Shown here: positions 1 to 9,718 of the stretch, in pieces | Layout: each line of letters begins with the position of its first letter | Position numbering within the stretch: the stretch's first letter is position 1 | Origin: Azolla caroliniana | Taxonomy: Eukaryota > Plantae > Polypodiophyta | Assembly (NCBI GenBank): GCA_043228905.1 | Contig: JBHGNT010000679.1 | Coordinates: forward strand, 1 to 17,875 | Length of the DNA stretch: 17,875 nt | Direction of reading: 5' to 3' | Translations under genes and position numbers: made by a program | The notes under the pieces: generated by a model | The model's database searches: none | What the model was told of the DNA's origin: nothing | Seen by the model: only the letters and a program-made list of their open reading frames with translations

Positions 1-129
1 GCATTATCTTCATCATAAACCAAATGGTGTGACTCTACATTATCTGCAACAGATCTCATTTGCCTTCTACTTGAGCCACCTTGTAGACCTGGTAATTTTT
101 CTTTTATTATATCTATTGTTGACGTCCTT

Positions 130-822
130 AAACGTCCGCAACTTTGACCATGGGCGATCGTTTCTCCTCTTCGGTCGGCTTTGGCTTTAGCCAATTCTAT
201 GAGTCGTATCTTCCGAGAAATGGGCTTCCACATTGTCGTTGATGGTAAGTCCCATCAACTTTCTTCGAAGGTCTTCTAACCAGATTTTTCTGATTGCTTC
301 GTCGAGCGTCAGCTTCATCAAGCTATTCGTGACAGTCGTGTAGAAGACTTCCTAGCTTGTCGGCAAGCTTGAGAGCAGAGCAAGGGCTTTGATTTCTTCC
401 TCAAAGTTCAACCCTTGGGGGGAGAGTTCGGCCAACAACCGGCTAAAGGTGTTGATGTGGGAGGTTGCCGACTCCAACTCCTTCATCTTCATATTGAATC
501 ATTTCTAGATCAATATGAGTCTCGATAAAGAGGATTTTTTCTCATATACGACCTAGAGCTTCTCCCACAAGGCAAATGCCAATGTCTCTTTTGCCATGCT
601 GCAATAGACATTCTCGGCCAGATGCATCCCATTGGTCAATCTAGCTATGTCGTCCAAAGATCTCCATCCTTCTACCGTCATTGAAGTCGGCTTGTTGTTG
701 TGTCGTATAGCTTCAATTTGACGTTGGATGACGAGTACATCCTGCATCACCTCCTTCCACAAGGCAAAGTTTTTGCCATCAAACTTCTGGATTTCCACTC
801 CTATGCTGAATGTTGAAGCCAT
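130..822 (-). pseudogene. Degenerate Ty1/copia gag remnant
   Basis: ORF 553-822 (MASTFSIGVEIQKFDGKNFALWKEVMQDVL...) resembles the N-terminus of the intact gag at 17120 (LRKFDGSNFNFWKEQMQDYL). Read by hand past the stop, the same frame continues VYEKK...FNMKMKE...HIN...SPQG...EEEIKALALLSSLPTS*EVF, colinear with the intact gag (TYEKK...YNLRMKE...HLN...SSQG...EDELRAMILMSSLPSSWETF). In-frame stops at 553, 505, 499, 352 and 187; no frameshift. Confidence 0.9.
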
Positions 823-916
823 GTCCTATAGGAAGTGAGATTTGTTGACCTAGTCTTTTCTTTCTGCCGATTCTTTCTCCTGATGTTGTAGTTGTTTTTG
901 TTGCCAAACCCTTCAA

Positions 917-928
917 GCTCTAATACCA
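917..928 (-). other. Primer-binding site (initiator tRNA-Met) of the old copia element
   Basis: Minus strand TGGTATTAGAGC, one mismatch from canonical TGGTATCAGAGC. It lies ~95 bp upstream of the gag ATG and 2 nt from a CA LTR end at 931. Confidence 0.85.
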
Positions 929-930
929 AT

Positions 931-1200
931 TGAGGAACAATGTGTGTGTCTTAGCCGGTTGATGCGTTAGTGAGTCAGCTTTATGCAGGGACGCAAATAG
1001 GATCTTGTATTTGGATCAAGCAAAGCAGTAAGGAGTCGCAAGTGAGGAGGAATCAAATTCCATATGCAACTTTGATATTGAACAAGAAGATGATGGTTAC
1101 AAGTCTTTGTTTACAAGAATAGCTACCTACTTAAATAGTTAGGTTACCTCTATTCACACTAGAGATACAAGTTTGGCCAAGTCGGCCTTTTATGCCAACA
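931..1200 (-). mobile_element. Probable 5' LTR of the old copia element (~270 bp)
   Basis: The inner boundary is fixed by the PBS (minus strand ...TTCCTCA-AT-TGGTAT). The outer boundary is inferred from minus-strand TGTTGG starting at 1200 and a TATA-like CTATTTAAG near 1130-1138. The partner LTR is not in the window, so the outer edge is unverified. Confidence 0.55.
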
Positions 1201-1266
1201 AGTCAATTGTAAAGTTTAAGAGATAATGAAATTACAATTCAAAAAATGGAATTGTTTCACCAATTA

Positions 1267-1660
1267 GTGTCTAAGTAAGAAATATGCCACCAGTATTTGG
1301 CATCTAATTAAGGAATTGTGTGCGTATTTAGCATCTAATTAATGAATTGTGGGGGTATTTCACATCTAATTAAGGAAATATGCGGGTATATAGCATCTAA
1401 GTAGGGAATTGTGTAGTTGTTTGAACAAATATAGTTTCATCAGCATCTGTTTGAGAAAATAGATAGCTAATTAGCATCCAATCACTGAAATATATAGATG
1501 ACTAGCATCCTATGTACGAAATATACAACTGATTAAGGAAATGCAGAGTGCTAATCAAGGAAACATGTAGCAATTATAGTAGAATTAAGGAAATGCGGAT
1601 TTCATCAGCGTCTAATCAAGAAAGCATACAGCTAGCTAATTCGCATCAGAGTAAGGAAAT
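1267..1660. repeat. Degenerate minisatellite, 31-bp period, core GCATCTAATTAAGGAA
   Basis: Core starts at 1300, 1331, 1362, 1393 and again at 1443, 1474, 1505 (31-bp spacing within each run). Looser copies at ~1267 and ~1535-1660. Confidence 0.8.
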
Positions 1661-1664
1661 CATC

Positions 1665-1688
1665 GAGAGAGAGAGAGAGAGAGAGAGG
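1665..1688. repeat. (GA)n microsatellite
   Basis: Directly visible GA run. Confidence 0.95.
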
Positions 1689-2363
1689 AAGAAACATGGG
1701 GAGGGATTCCTGACAGAGCCAATTTGTTTTGGGTTCCGTTTTCTGTTTTTGGTAAGTTTTTAAAAAAACGAATACTTTTACTTGTATTTGTAATTCGTAT
1801 GCATTTGTGGGGCGAATATGACAATCTATAGACTATAACCATCGTATCTGAAAAGAGAGGATGGATGGATCATGGATCAAATCAATGGAATTGTATTCTT
1901 CATATATAATAATAAATAAATACATATATATATATTATATACGGTACACATCTATCTCTCTATCTAACTAACTAAAAATCAGATATAAATAAGCATATGA
2001 TGTTACAATCTAATCAAACCTTACATGACAAGCCAAATTTCGTATGATATAAAAAACCCAAAAACGAAAAGGAATGTCATGGTCCAATTTGAATACTTGT
2101 TGTTCTATAATATCAATTCACCATGTTCATTTGTGAGACTGATCCTGCATATCATTTGTCTAATCGGTCATCAATGATTTTATCAATCAAATCAGCAGAC
2201 ATTCAATATATATTATCATTGAGTGGAATCATTTGTCTCAATTCGATGTGTATGTGGTTACCAAGCAAATGTTGTTTGATTTTTTTGCCATGTTTCTTTT
2301 GGCTTTGCTTTTGCTTCTGCTTTTTTTTTTCCCTTCTGATTTTACCTTTCGCTCTTTCTTATA

Positions 2364-2600
2364 TTAATGTAGCGCCATTGGAGCCTCACTTGTAACGCTA
2401 GCCACCGGAGTGTTACCTCGTGACATACGTTTTGTGGCAACCAAAGGGGGGTCTTGGGTCCATATATTGCCTCCACATTCTTCATCATCATCATCATCTT
2501 CTCTTTGAAATGCCGGATGTAAGTATGTTCCTTCTAAATAGGCCCGAATATCAAAGTTTGGATCCATTGCTCGTTCCCTCGTATCTTTAGCCATAGCCTC
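2364..2600 (-). CDS. OSCA1: OSCA coding exon 11 (with stop)
   Basis: Acceptor TTGTAG|; EAMAKDTRERAMDPN...YLHPAF...VATKRMSRGNTP...; TAA at 2366-2364. Confidence 0.93.
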   Translation of the reverse strand, partial: EAMAKDTRERAMDPNFDIRAYLEGTYLHPAFQREDDDDDEECGGNIWTQDPPLVATKRMSRGNTPVASVTSEAPMALH

Positions 2601-5600
2601 CTACAAAAGTTTTTGTTTTTCATAATCACATGATTAATATTGTCTCTCTCCATTACAAAGATGGAAACACAGATTTTTCTCTTCAAAGGATATGTTGTTA
2701 AAACGATTGAGCAATTCTCCTATAAGAGAATAATATCTATTCCATACCCATTGTAGTTACAAAATATCAACTTATTACCCCCGTCAGACCATGTCATTAT
2801 TACTTTTGAATTAATGTAATCTCTTCTACTTTTGAAAGAAAAAAGCCAACTGACCTCCAATGGATACTTTCGGAAGGCAGGTTCGAAACGGCTCTTACAA
2901 TATAAGTGGAAGGTGATGGTGAGGATAGGTAGAAAGATTAAAATAGGTGTGCATTGAGATGCCTTCTTTGTTGCAAGAAGACCCATTAATGATATTTGTT
3001 GCATAATAAGAGATGATATGATTCTTGTATGCACATGTGGCCAAAAGGCTCCTGCACTCTCATACTCTTGTTGATACACATTGATTACCTTTTAACCATA
3101 AAGATCAAAAAAAGAAAGTCAATCAAAGTTATGGCTATAGATTGTTGTATTACTTCCATTTTTATTAAGAGATATCACAAAAAATAGTTCTAACTTATCA
3201 AGACTTATCACTGATGAATGATCTTGTTTATGCAAGGTAACACAAAGCGTCAAATTAGAATTCGCCCACCAATGCTGAAATTATTCTTTTTCTCTAATCC
3301 AGCCTAGTGCTGTCAAAAATAGAGAATTAGACTTGCATAATTAAGATGATTGGTTTCTTGCTTAAAACCTAATGATGATTTGGTCAGTATCAAAAATAAA
3401 TTATCTTTCTTATTTGAAAATTTGCCCTATCAAAGGTAATTGATTTGCAGATTTTTGGAATTTTGTGAACTTGAGAATGGCATTCCGGAGAATTATGATA
3501 AGTTACCATAACCTTTTGATGAGGAAAAAGTTGTAAAACATATCCCCAAGATTTTATTTATTCCCACAAATGCATCCTAATGTTCATATTTCTCCAAATG
3601 CTCTTGATCTATTTCTATTTCCCCAATTCCCCAAGTGTTGGTTATTTCCCAAAATGCTGCTGGGTCAAACCCTGAACAAATTAGAATGAATTTGACCTGA
3701 GCACATATAATTGCTCAAAAAGCACATATTGTAGTTGCTCTTTCAGGGGTTGACTGAGGGCATTCAAGAAAATAAAGAACTTGGGGATACTATCAAAAAC
3801 ATTTCCCCTCTCGATAATCTGCCGTGAACCTGGTTTTTTTGGTTTTTATATACCTGATGTCGATACACGAGATATGCGAATCCAAAGAACACAATGATGA
3901 ATGGAAGAAGGATGGGTGTGATAACAGAGTACACAAGCCCAAACAAGAAATATAACTGTAGTTGTGGAACTGTCTCAGGAAAACCAAAGCTCCCAGCATC
4001 CATAGCCTTTTCTCTATCTTTCTCTGTTTTTACTAAGAATGTGTTTTTCAAATGGTATATAATTAGAGGTTTGAAACGCAGTATTTCAGCTGCAACTCCT
4101 GCCCATCCATCAATCATTATGTATGTAATGAAGAACAATGCTTTACTGGAAATCGCATCACCTATCAACCCTGGGATACTGTGATAAGCATAAATAAGAA
4201 GTACGACATTATTTGGTATTCCTCAGCATGAATAAATGGTCAGAAAATGATTCTTGTCATCATGGTGGAGAAAATGTGAACATCAGTTGAAAAAGCTTAG
4301 TATATATCTTTGTGAAAACTTCTCGAAAGAAAAAACGAAAACACTGAATTAGTAAGAGTGTGTTTGTTAAAAACGAAAGTGAGATATGAATTGTTTCAAG
4401 TATAGAATGCTGACATCAAATAGTAACCTTCAACTAACAGGATGCACGTTTCATTTTATCCTTTCATCTTTCAATGGGAGTAAGTGCCAAATAAACATAT
4501 GCATGAGGGGAATCTATCCCAACAGAGTATAATGGAAGGTGACTTAATTACATTGTGGCATGTAATGAATAGTCTATAAACATTCTTAGACACCCTTATA
4601 GCATAATCTCACTTTGACAGCCTCCATTCCTTACCCATGACTCAAACTTCCTAATTATCTATATACTTTTGGCATATAACCTTAATCCACATAGAATATG
4701 TTTGGTGTGCAATATTACAGCGTTTTTATGGTATTTTAAGACTAAGCAGTGGTATCAACGCCTATGCAGTGAAAAAGAAACGGAATCACAACATTTAAGC
4801 ATAAAATATTTCCAGTTGGATACATTAACAACAGAAAAATCCTGGATGTGGATATTAAGATGTTGAAAATCCTCATACAACATCCCACTAGTATAGTTCT
4901 TGCCATGAGTTTTACAAGGCTTCACACGAAAAGGAGAAAAGGTCTTCTATGTTGAGGTTCTCTCTTTCGCCATAATGAATCAACAGGAGAAAGAGAAAAA
5001 GGAATGTTTCTATACAGAAGTTTTAGTTGTGAAAATCCATTTTAGAATGAGGAAAAAGAATGAAAAGAAGAAGATTCAGAGGGATAGTGCAGGAGAAAGA
5101 GATGGAAAAATGAAGAAAAAGTTTATTTCTGGAAGAACGAAAAAAACTTTACTTTTTCGGTTTCACATTGGATAGTTAGAAGGCCAACCTTCAATGCACT
5201 TTACTGCCTCCTCCTATTTCCCTTTTCTTTTATGGTTTTGATACATTTATGAGGAATTCCATCAGAAATTTTACTTAGAGTTTCATACATTTCAGTAATA
5301 AATCTTCATAAGGAACTCCATTTTGTTGTATAATGTCCTATTAGCACTTGATTGTTAAAGGTCTCAATGTGTAGCCCCACTTTAAAAATCCCACATGAAT
5401 CATTTAAGATTCGAAAGAAGAGAATAGTTTCAGAAAGTATACCTTGTGGGAGGCTTGTTAAGCATTTCTGATAGCTGTTCAGATGCCGATCCTGTCAATA
5501 TACTCCCGAAGAACACAGTGATAACCAAGAACATAAAATATTTGCCAGCTGCCCTCCTTTCCAATGAAGATAGAGAGGTGAAACCTTCAATTTTAGATAT

Positions 5601-8600
5601 CAACATGAGAATCCATGGAAGAATCATTAGGAATATCTTCAATGCCAACCCAGGCAAGTAACCTTGAATGAGCGAATTTATGAACTTTCTGAAATGACAA
5701 TAGGTGCTTCAAAGTTGAGATTCTGTTTATGAATATCTGATGCAGTAACATAATCTTAATGAAGAAAAAGAAAATTTTGAAATGCCCCACCCTTTTCTTT
5801 ATTTCCCCAGATGTGTCAGAGTTTCTGTTATTCCCCCAAGCACCCTTGGTAAATCCTCAAAAGAGAAAAATGCCGGAGCAAATTTTGACGGTATAATTGC
5901 TCAAGTAGCACATATATCTGGGGAGAAGCAGATGAATGAACCATATAACTGCTTGAATAGCACATTAATTGTTCTTTTGGGGAAATAACAAAAACAGAGA
6001 GGACATTTGTGGAAATAACGAAAAATCTGGGGGTGTTTCAGAGTTATTCCCCTAAAGAAAGTAACCACATTTACTTACAATTTCAAGATTGGCCGTAGAA
6101 AGTGGAATGTGTTAGAAAGCTTATCCATGTTGGCCAAAGATTGGACAAAGGTAATAGGTATCATGAAGAAAAACAAGAGAAAGAATACTACAATCGCCAT
6201 CACAAGTCGTCGGATCGTGATTTGAACAAATGGGATTGAAAGGTTTGGCCAATAAACATCACTAGGCTCGGGAGCCCATTCTGTTAACCAAGTTGTAGGA
6301 TTTTTGGTTTGCTGAGTTTGAGCAGCTACAGCTGCCCCCCATCTCCCTTTGAATGAGACAAATGCAACAGGAAGAATTGCTTTGGGATCTTTCAGAACAC
6401 GAGTATGCTCCATTTCGATCTGTATAGAAGTAATTCACAATAAAGCTATGTGCTTACAAACACATCCCATTCACATCTTCTAATCTATATGTGGTGACAA
6501 ATAATTAAAATATGTGGCGGGAAGACACCCAATTACCCACCTAATTTGTTGAGTAGTTACAGAATACCCCAGAGGGGAATACTGATACATACTTTTTAAG
6601 AACTCCGATATTCTAATATCCAAAAAATATGAATATTTTTATTGCTTTGTTCTCAAAACTAAGGACAACAAAAAGCTGAAAACAAAACGTATCTCCACTT
6701 TTGTTACCTGAGTTGTCTTTCTTTCCACCTCATTCTTATAGTATTCCACTGCATTCACTTTCTTTCCCCATAATCCGAGAAATCCAGTCTATAAAATAGT
6801 AGCCCACAATAGAAGTGTCAGATAGATGGCCAAACCCATTTGTATTCACTATAAGATAAATACAAAGAGGTAAAACCTTGGTAGTTAGCATCATTTCTGG
6901 GTGTCTTGCTTGTTTGTTCTCATAGTAATCCAGCCAATTTTGTAGCCCTTCCCTCTTTTTCACTAGTTTTTCAAGTTTATTCGCATCGCGCACCATCTAT
7001 AAGGTAACCCACAAAACCACATTCCAAATGATATTGACCCTAAACCCCTTCTAAAAAGGATAATAAAGGAAATCACGACTACATGAAGTTTTAATGCATA
7101 TGTGTAGCGATCAAACATAAATAGATACAAGATCATCTTAATAGTCTAAGGCTTATTAAGAAGACCTGATGTGTTAGGTAGTAATCTGGATGATTCACTC
7201 GAAAGAAATGTTCAACGTGAAGATTGGCACTTTCATCGGGATCTGCTGGTATATTTGTAACCAAAACCTAAAAAATAGCACAATAGAAATTTACATAGGA
7301 AATTGATATAGAATGTAAAAAGTCACACAAAAAATAATCTGAGGTACCATATCAGGCCTGTCAAAAAATTTGAAAACTGTCAAAACTTACAGTAAATTGA
7401 TCAGGCCTACGGTTTTGAGCATCATTAAACTCCAACCTCATCAGCATTATAGCTTTGTATTCTCTATATAAGGCTGCGCACACCCATGCAGTAAAAACAT
7501 ATGCCATTGTAACAGGTGCCCATAGCCTAGCACAACAATGCCACATCCAACGAAACAAATTCACGAGGAGTAGAGTTATGAATAGATCTTAAATTTTTGT
7601 TAATTGCTGTAAAAAGACTATCTATTAATATTTAATCTTTGGTATATAGTTTTAGCAAGGCGATTTCTAATTGCTCAGATAATTTGCATGGAATGATATC
7701 GAGCGAATTTCTTTGGGTTTCATTTTGGCAATCACTGAAAAACTTTAGACTTCGTTTTAAACACAAAATACACCTTACAAACCCAAATTTGATTTCAGCT
7801 TTCAGCCCTGAGCAGTTGGCAGCATTCTAAGCGTGTCTATGAAAGGTTAGGTGATTTATATAGGAAAAGCAACAAAATACCCCTAATGTCTCAGGCATCT
7901 ACCATTACACCCCTAAATTTTAAAATTTTTGAGGAATAACCTTGTGTATTAGTAAAGTTTTTTCAACCACAGAGAGATATTCTGGTAGTACTCTTGTAAA
8001 TACCCAACAACATAGGGGCTCTGGTGTTTAGCCCCTTCATATGTATACCATAAGCGTTTCGAATGGAGCCATTTATACCTCTTGGATGCGTCGGGAACAT
8101 TTCTTAAAGAAAGCTTATCGATATCAAGACTTGCTACTGCTTTTGAAGAAGTAATGCTTTGCCCGGTTATGTTGATTGGCACTAGAATTGTGAAGCCCAT
8201 AATCATCAGTGGCACAAATATTTTGAGCCTGTCATTGTGATTGAAGATGTAAAAGTTCAGTCAGAATTCTCTCATCTTTAATTTCTCCCTAAAAGAATGC
8301 ATTTCAACTCATTAAAACACTAAATTTCTTCCTCAAATGAGACACCAACCACAGTTCTACGACAAAAACAGACCTTAAATTTGAAGCTCAAGCCCCAAAA
8401 GGTAAGGTTCCACATGGAACTTTAAATTTAATCATAAGAGTTGGGATTTGAAATTTGGAGCCTCCAATTCCTTTGATGACTCTAAATTGGATATTAATTC
8501 ACAGACATAATTTTTGCAACCTTAGGCATTCTCTGAGCTCCATATTTGAGACCTTTGAAAAACTTTAGACTTCAGTTGAAACAGAGTATAGGTCTTCAAA

Positions 8601-9692
8601 ACCCATAGCCAATCCTTTGAGTTTCATTTTCACAACCTCTATTAAATTTGGTTGCAAAATATTTAAGATTCATTTGGAGATTAAGATTGGCCTCCAATTT
8701 TAGGTCTTCAATCTAAGCTCAAAAAGCAAACAATAGACAAATAAGACACAAACTTTGATCACATTGAATCAATTTAGTCATATCAATGACTATGTGTAGA
8801 TATATTACTAAGCAAATGGTCAAAGCTAAAAGTCATTTACCTTCAGTTAGCAATGTAGACTGGCTTCACATGAAACCCAAAAAGGGATCTCTAGTTTTTT
8901 AAATGACCCCACCCTCCATTCCGTATTTATATGGGAAAAAAATAATATTGATGATGCGGAAATTTACAAGTATCCCTAATTTTCCAAAAACTTGCCAAAG
9001 TCACCCAATCAATCTCCAAAAGCTCTGGGATGTTTAACAAAATACCTCTAAATTTCCGAACATTACCAGAATATCCCTCGTCTAAGTTTACACAAATGAT
9101 TAGACACCCCTCTGCTGAGGGGTCTTGGGGGTAAATATCAAATAAGTTAGATGAGGGGTATTGTGGTGACTGTCTGAAAATCATAGGGGCGTGTATGTTG
9201 CAATGGTTTGATCCTGGCGGCCCAAATCTATCATGGTGTTTTTCTCAAAACATAAATATATTAAACCGTACATACCTAACGACATTTCGAACATCTTTGA
9301 AAAACATAGTACTATTGTGGTAATTATTGGAGAAGGATAAGAATACTTTTCCAAATTTACATATATGTGTGTACATACCCAAGGATGTAGATTCGTAAGA
9401 AAACCGCAGAATCTAATCCAGCATGTTGGATAAGCTCAGCTTCTGGCATTCTCAATGCCTCTCTCATCCAATCAAGAAAGTTTAAATACACTTTCCAGTT
9501 CAGATTAACCATACTAGATAAGGTTCTAAAACTAGTCTTTCCATCTTGCCTTTCCCCTTTGAGATACCATTTCGGGTAGTACACTCTGTCATTGACTGGT
9601 TGGGAACGTAAAACAGCAAAAGCTACTAGGAATATGAAAGCACTCAATATGTTTATTCCCGCAGATACTCCTAGATCCGAAAGGCTTGCCAT
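2364..9692 (-). CDS. OSCA1: OSCA1/CSC1-like hyperosmolality-gated, mechanosensitive Ca2+-permeable channel (ERD4/TMEM63 family); 11 coding exons, 761 aa
   Basis: Manual splice: 9692-9379, 8228-8079, 7526-7391, 7267-7166, 6996-6877, 6788-6708, 6419-6079, 5688-5443, 4178-3854, 3088-2855, 2600-2364. Total 2286 nt, phases consistent, all introns GT-AG, no internal stop. Family motifs: QPVNDRVYYPKWYLKG, HAGLDSAVFLRIY, RRPDQFTVLV, AFVSFKGRWGAAV, WAPEPSDVYWPNL, FFITYIMIDGWAG, YESAGAFWP, LVATKRMSRGNTP. The symbol denotes the clade, not a specific paralog. Confidence 0.95.
2855..3088 (-). CDS. OSCA1: OSCA coding exon 10
   Basis: Acceptor AAAG| (less common AAG type); VINVYQQEYESAGAFWPHVH...KYPLE; donor GAG|GTCAGT. 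Confidence 0.92.
3521..3810. mobile_element. MITE-like element (Mutator-type TIRs) in OSCA intron 9
   Basis: Imperfect ~45-bp terminal inverted repeats sharing TATCCCCAAG / CTTGGGGATA. An internal 24-mer at 3706-3729 matches 5892-5915 at 22/24. Confidence 0.65.
3854..4178 (-). CDS. OSCA1: OSCA coding exon 9
   Basis: Acceptor CACAG|T; IPGLIGDAISSKALFFITYIMIDGWAG...VYRHQ; donor CAG|GTAT. Confidence 0.94.
5443..5688 (-). CDS. OSCA1: OSCA coding exon 8
   Basis: Acceptor TTCAG|A; KFINSLIQGYLPGLALKIF...NKPPT; donor AG|GTATAC. Confidence 0.94.
5766..6052. mobile_element. MITE-like element (Mutator-type TIRs) in OSCA intron 7
   Basis: Imperfect ~75-bp inverted arms, e.g. left TTTTCTTTATTTCCCCAGATGT...GTTTCTGTTATTCCCCCAA versus right reverse complement TTTTCGTTATTTCCACAAATGT...GTTTTTGTTATTTCCCCAA. 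Possible decayed 9-bp TSD (TAATGAAGA / TAAAGAAAG). Confidence 0.7.
6079..6419 (-). CDS. OSCA1: OSCA coding exon 7
   Basis: Acceptor TACAG|; IEMEHTRVLKDPK...WAPEP...RPILK; donor TT|GTAAGT. Confidence 0.94.
6708..6788 (-). CDS. OSCA1: OSCA coding exon 6
   Basis: Acceptor TATAG|; TGFLGLWGKKVNAVEYYKNEVERKTTQ; donor CAG|GTAAC. Confidence 0.93.
6877..6996 (-). CDS. OSCA1: OSCA coding exon 5
   Basis: Acceptor ATAG|; MVRDANKLEKLVKK...QNWLDYY...TTK; donor AAG|GT. Confidence 0.92.
7166..7267 (-). CDS. OSCA1: OSCA coding exon 4 (not in the ORF track)
   Basis: Acceptor TTTAG|; VLVTNIPADPDESANLHVEHFFRVNHPDYYLTHQ; donor CAG|GT. Confidence 0.93.
7391..7526 (-). CDS. OSCA1: OSCA coding exon 3
   Basis: Acceptor CTAG|G; LWAPVTMAY...RRPDQFT; donor ACT|GTAAGT. 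Confidence 0.92.
7863..8036. mobile_element. Possible old MITE relic in OSCA intron 2
   Basis: The left end GGAAAAGCAACAAAATACCCCTAATGT and right end ACATAGGGGCTCTGGTGTTTAGCCCC form weak inverted repeats; AAAATACCCCT resembles plant Mutator-type TIR cores. Confidence 0.4.
8079..8228 (-). CDS. OSCA1: OSCA coding exon 2
   Basis: Acceptor ACAG|G; LKIFVPL...DIDKLSLRNVPDASK; donor AG|GTATAA. Confidence 0.92.
8955..9245. mobile_element. Possible old Mutator-type MITE relic in OSCA intron 1
   Basis: The left half has repeated CAAGTATCCCT / CAAAATACCTCT / CAGAATATCCCT; the right half has complementary GGGGGTAAATA / AGGGGTATTGTG. Boundaries approximate. Confidence 0.4.
9379..9692 (-). CDS. OSCA1: OSCA coding exon 1
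   Basis: ATG at 9692; MASLSDLG...RIYILG; donor GG|GTATGT, phase 2. Confidence 0.95.
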
Positions 9693-9718
9693 CTCTGATC
9701 TTCAATACGCTTTTGAGC

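Noticed and set aside
1267-1660. CRISPR-like appearance (conserved core with variable spacers)
   Set aside because: The context is eukaryotic, the total period is only 31 bp, the cores are degenerate, the linkers resemble one another and there are no cas genes. It is a minisatellite.
2123-2395. 90-aa hydrophobic plus-strand ORF
   Set aside because: It is antisense to the OSCA 3' end/UTR, and its hydrophobicity comes from T-rich low-complexity sequence.
4490-5400. Possible elements or ORFs in the 1.26-kb intron 8
   Set aside because: Only weak inverted similarity (~4502-4640) and purine-rich low complexity; no boundaries I can support.
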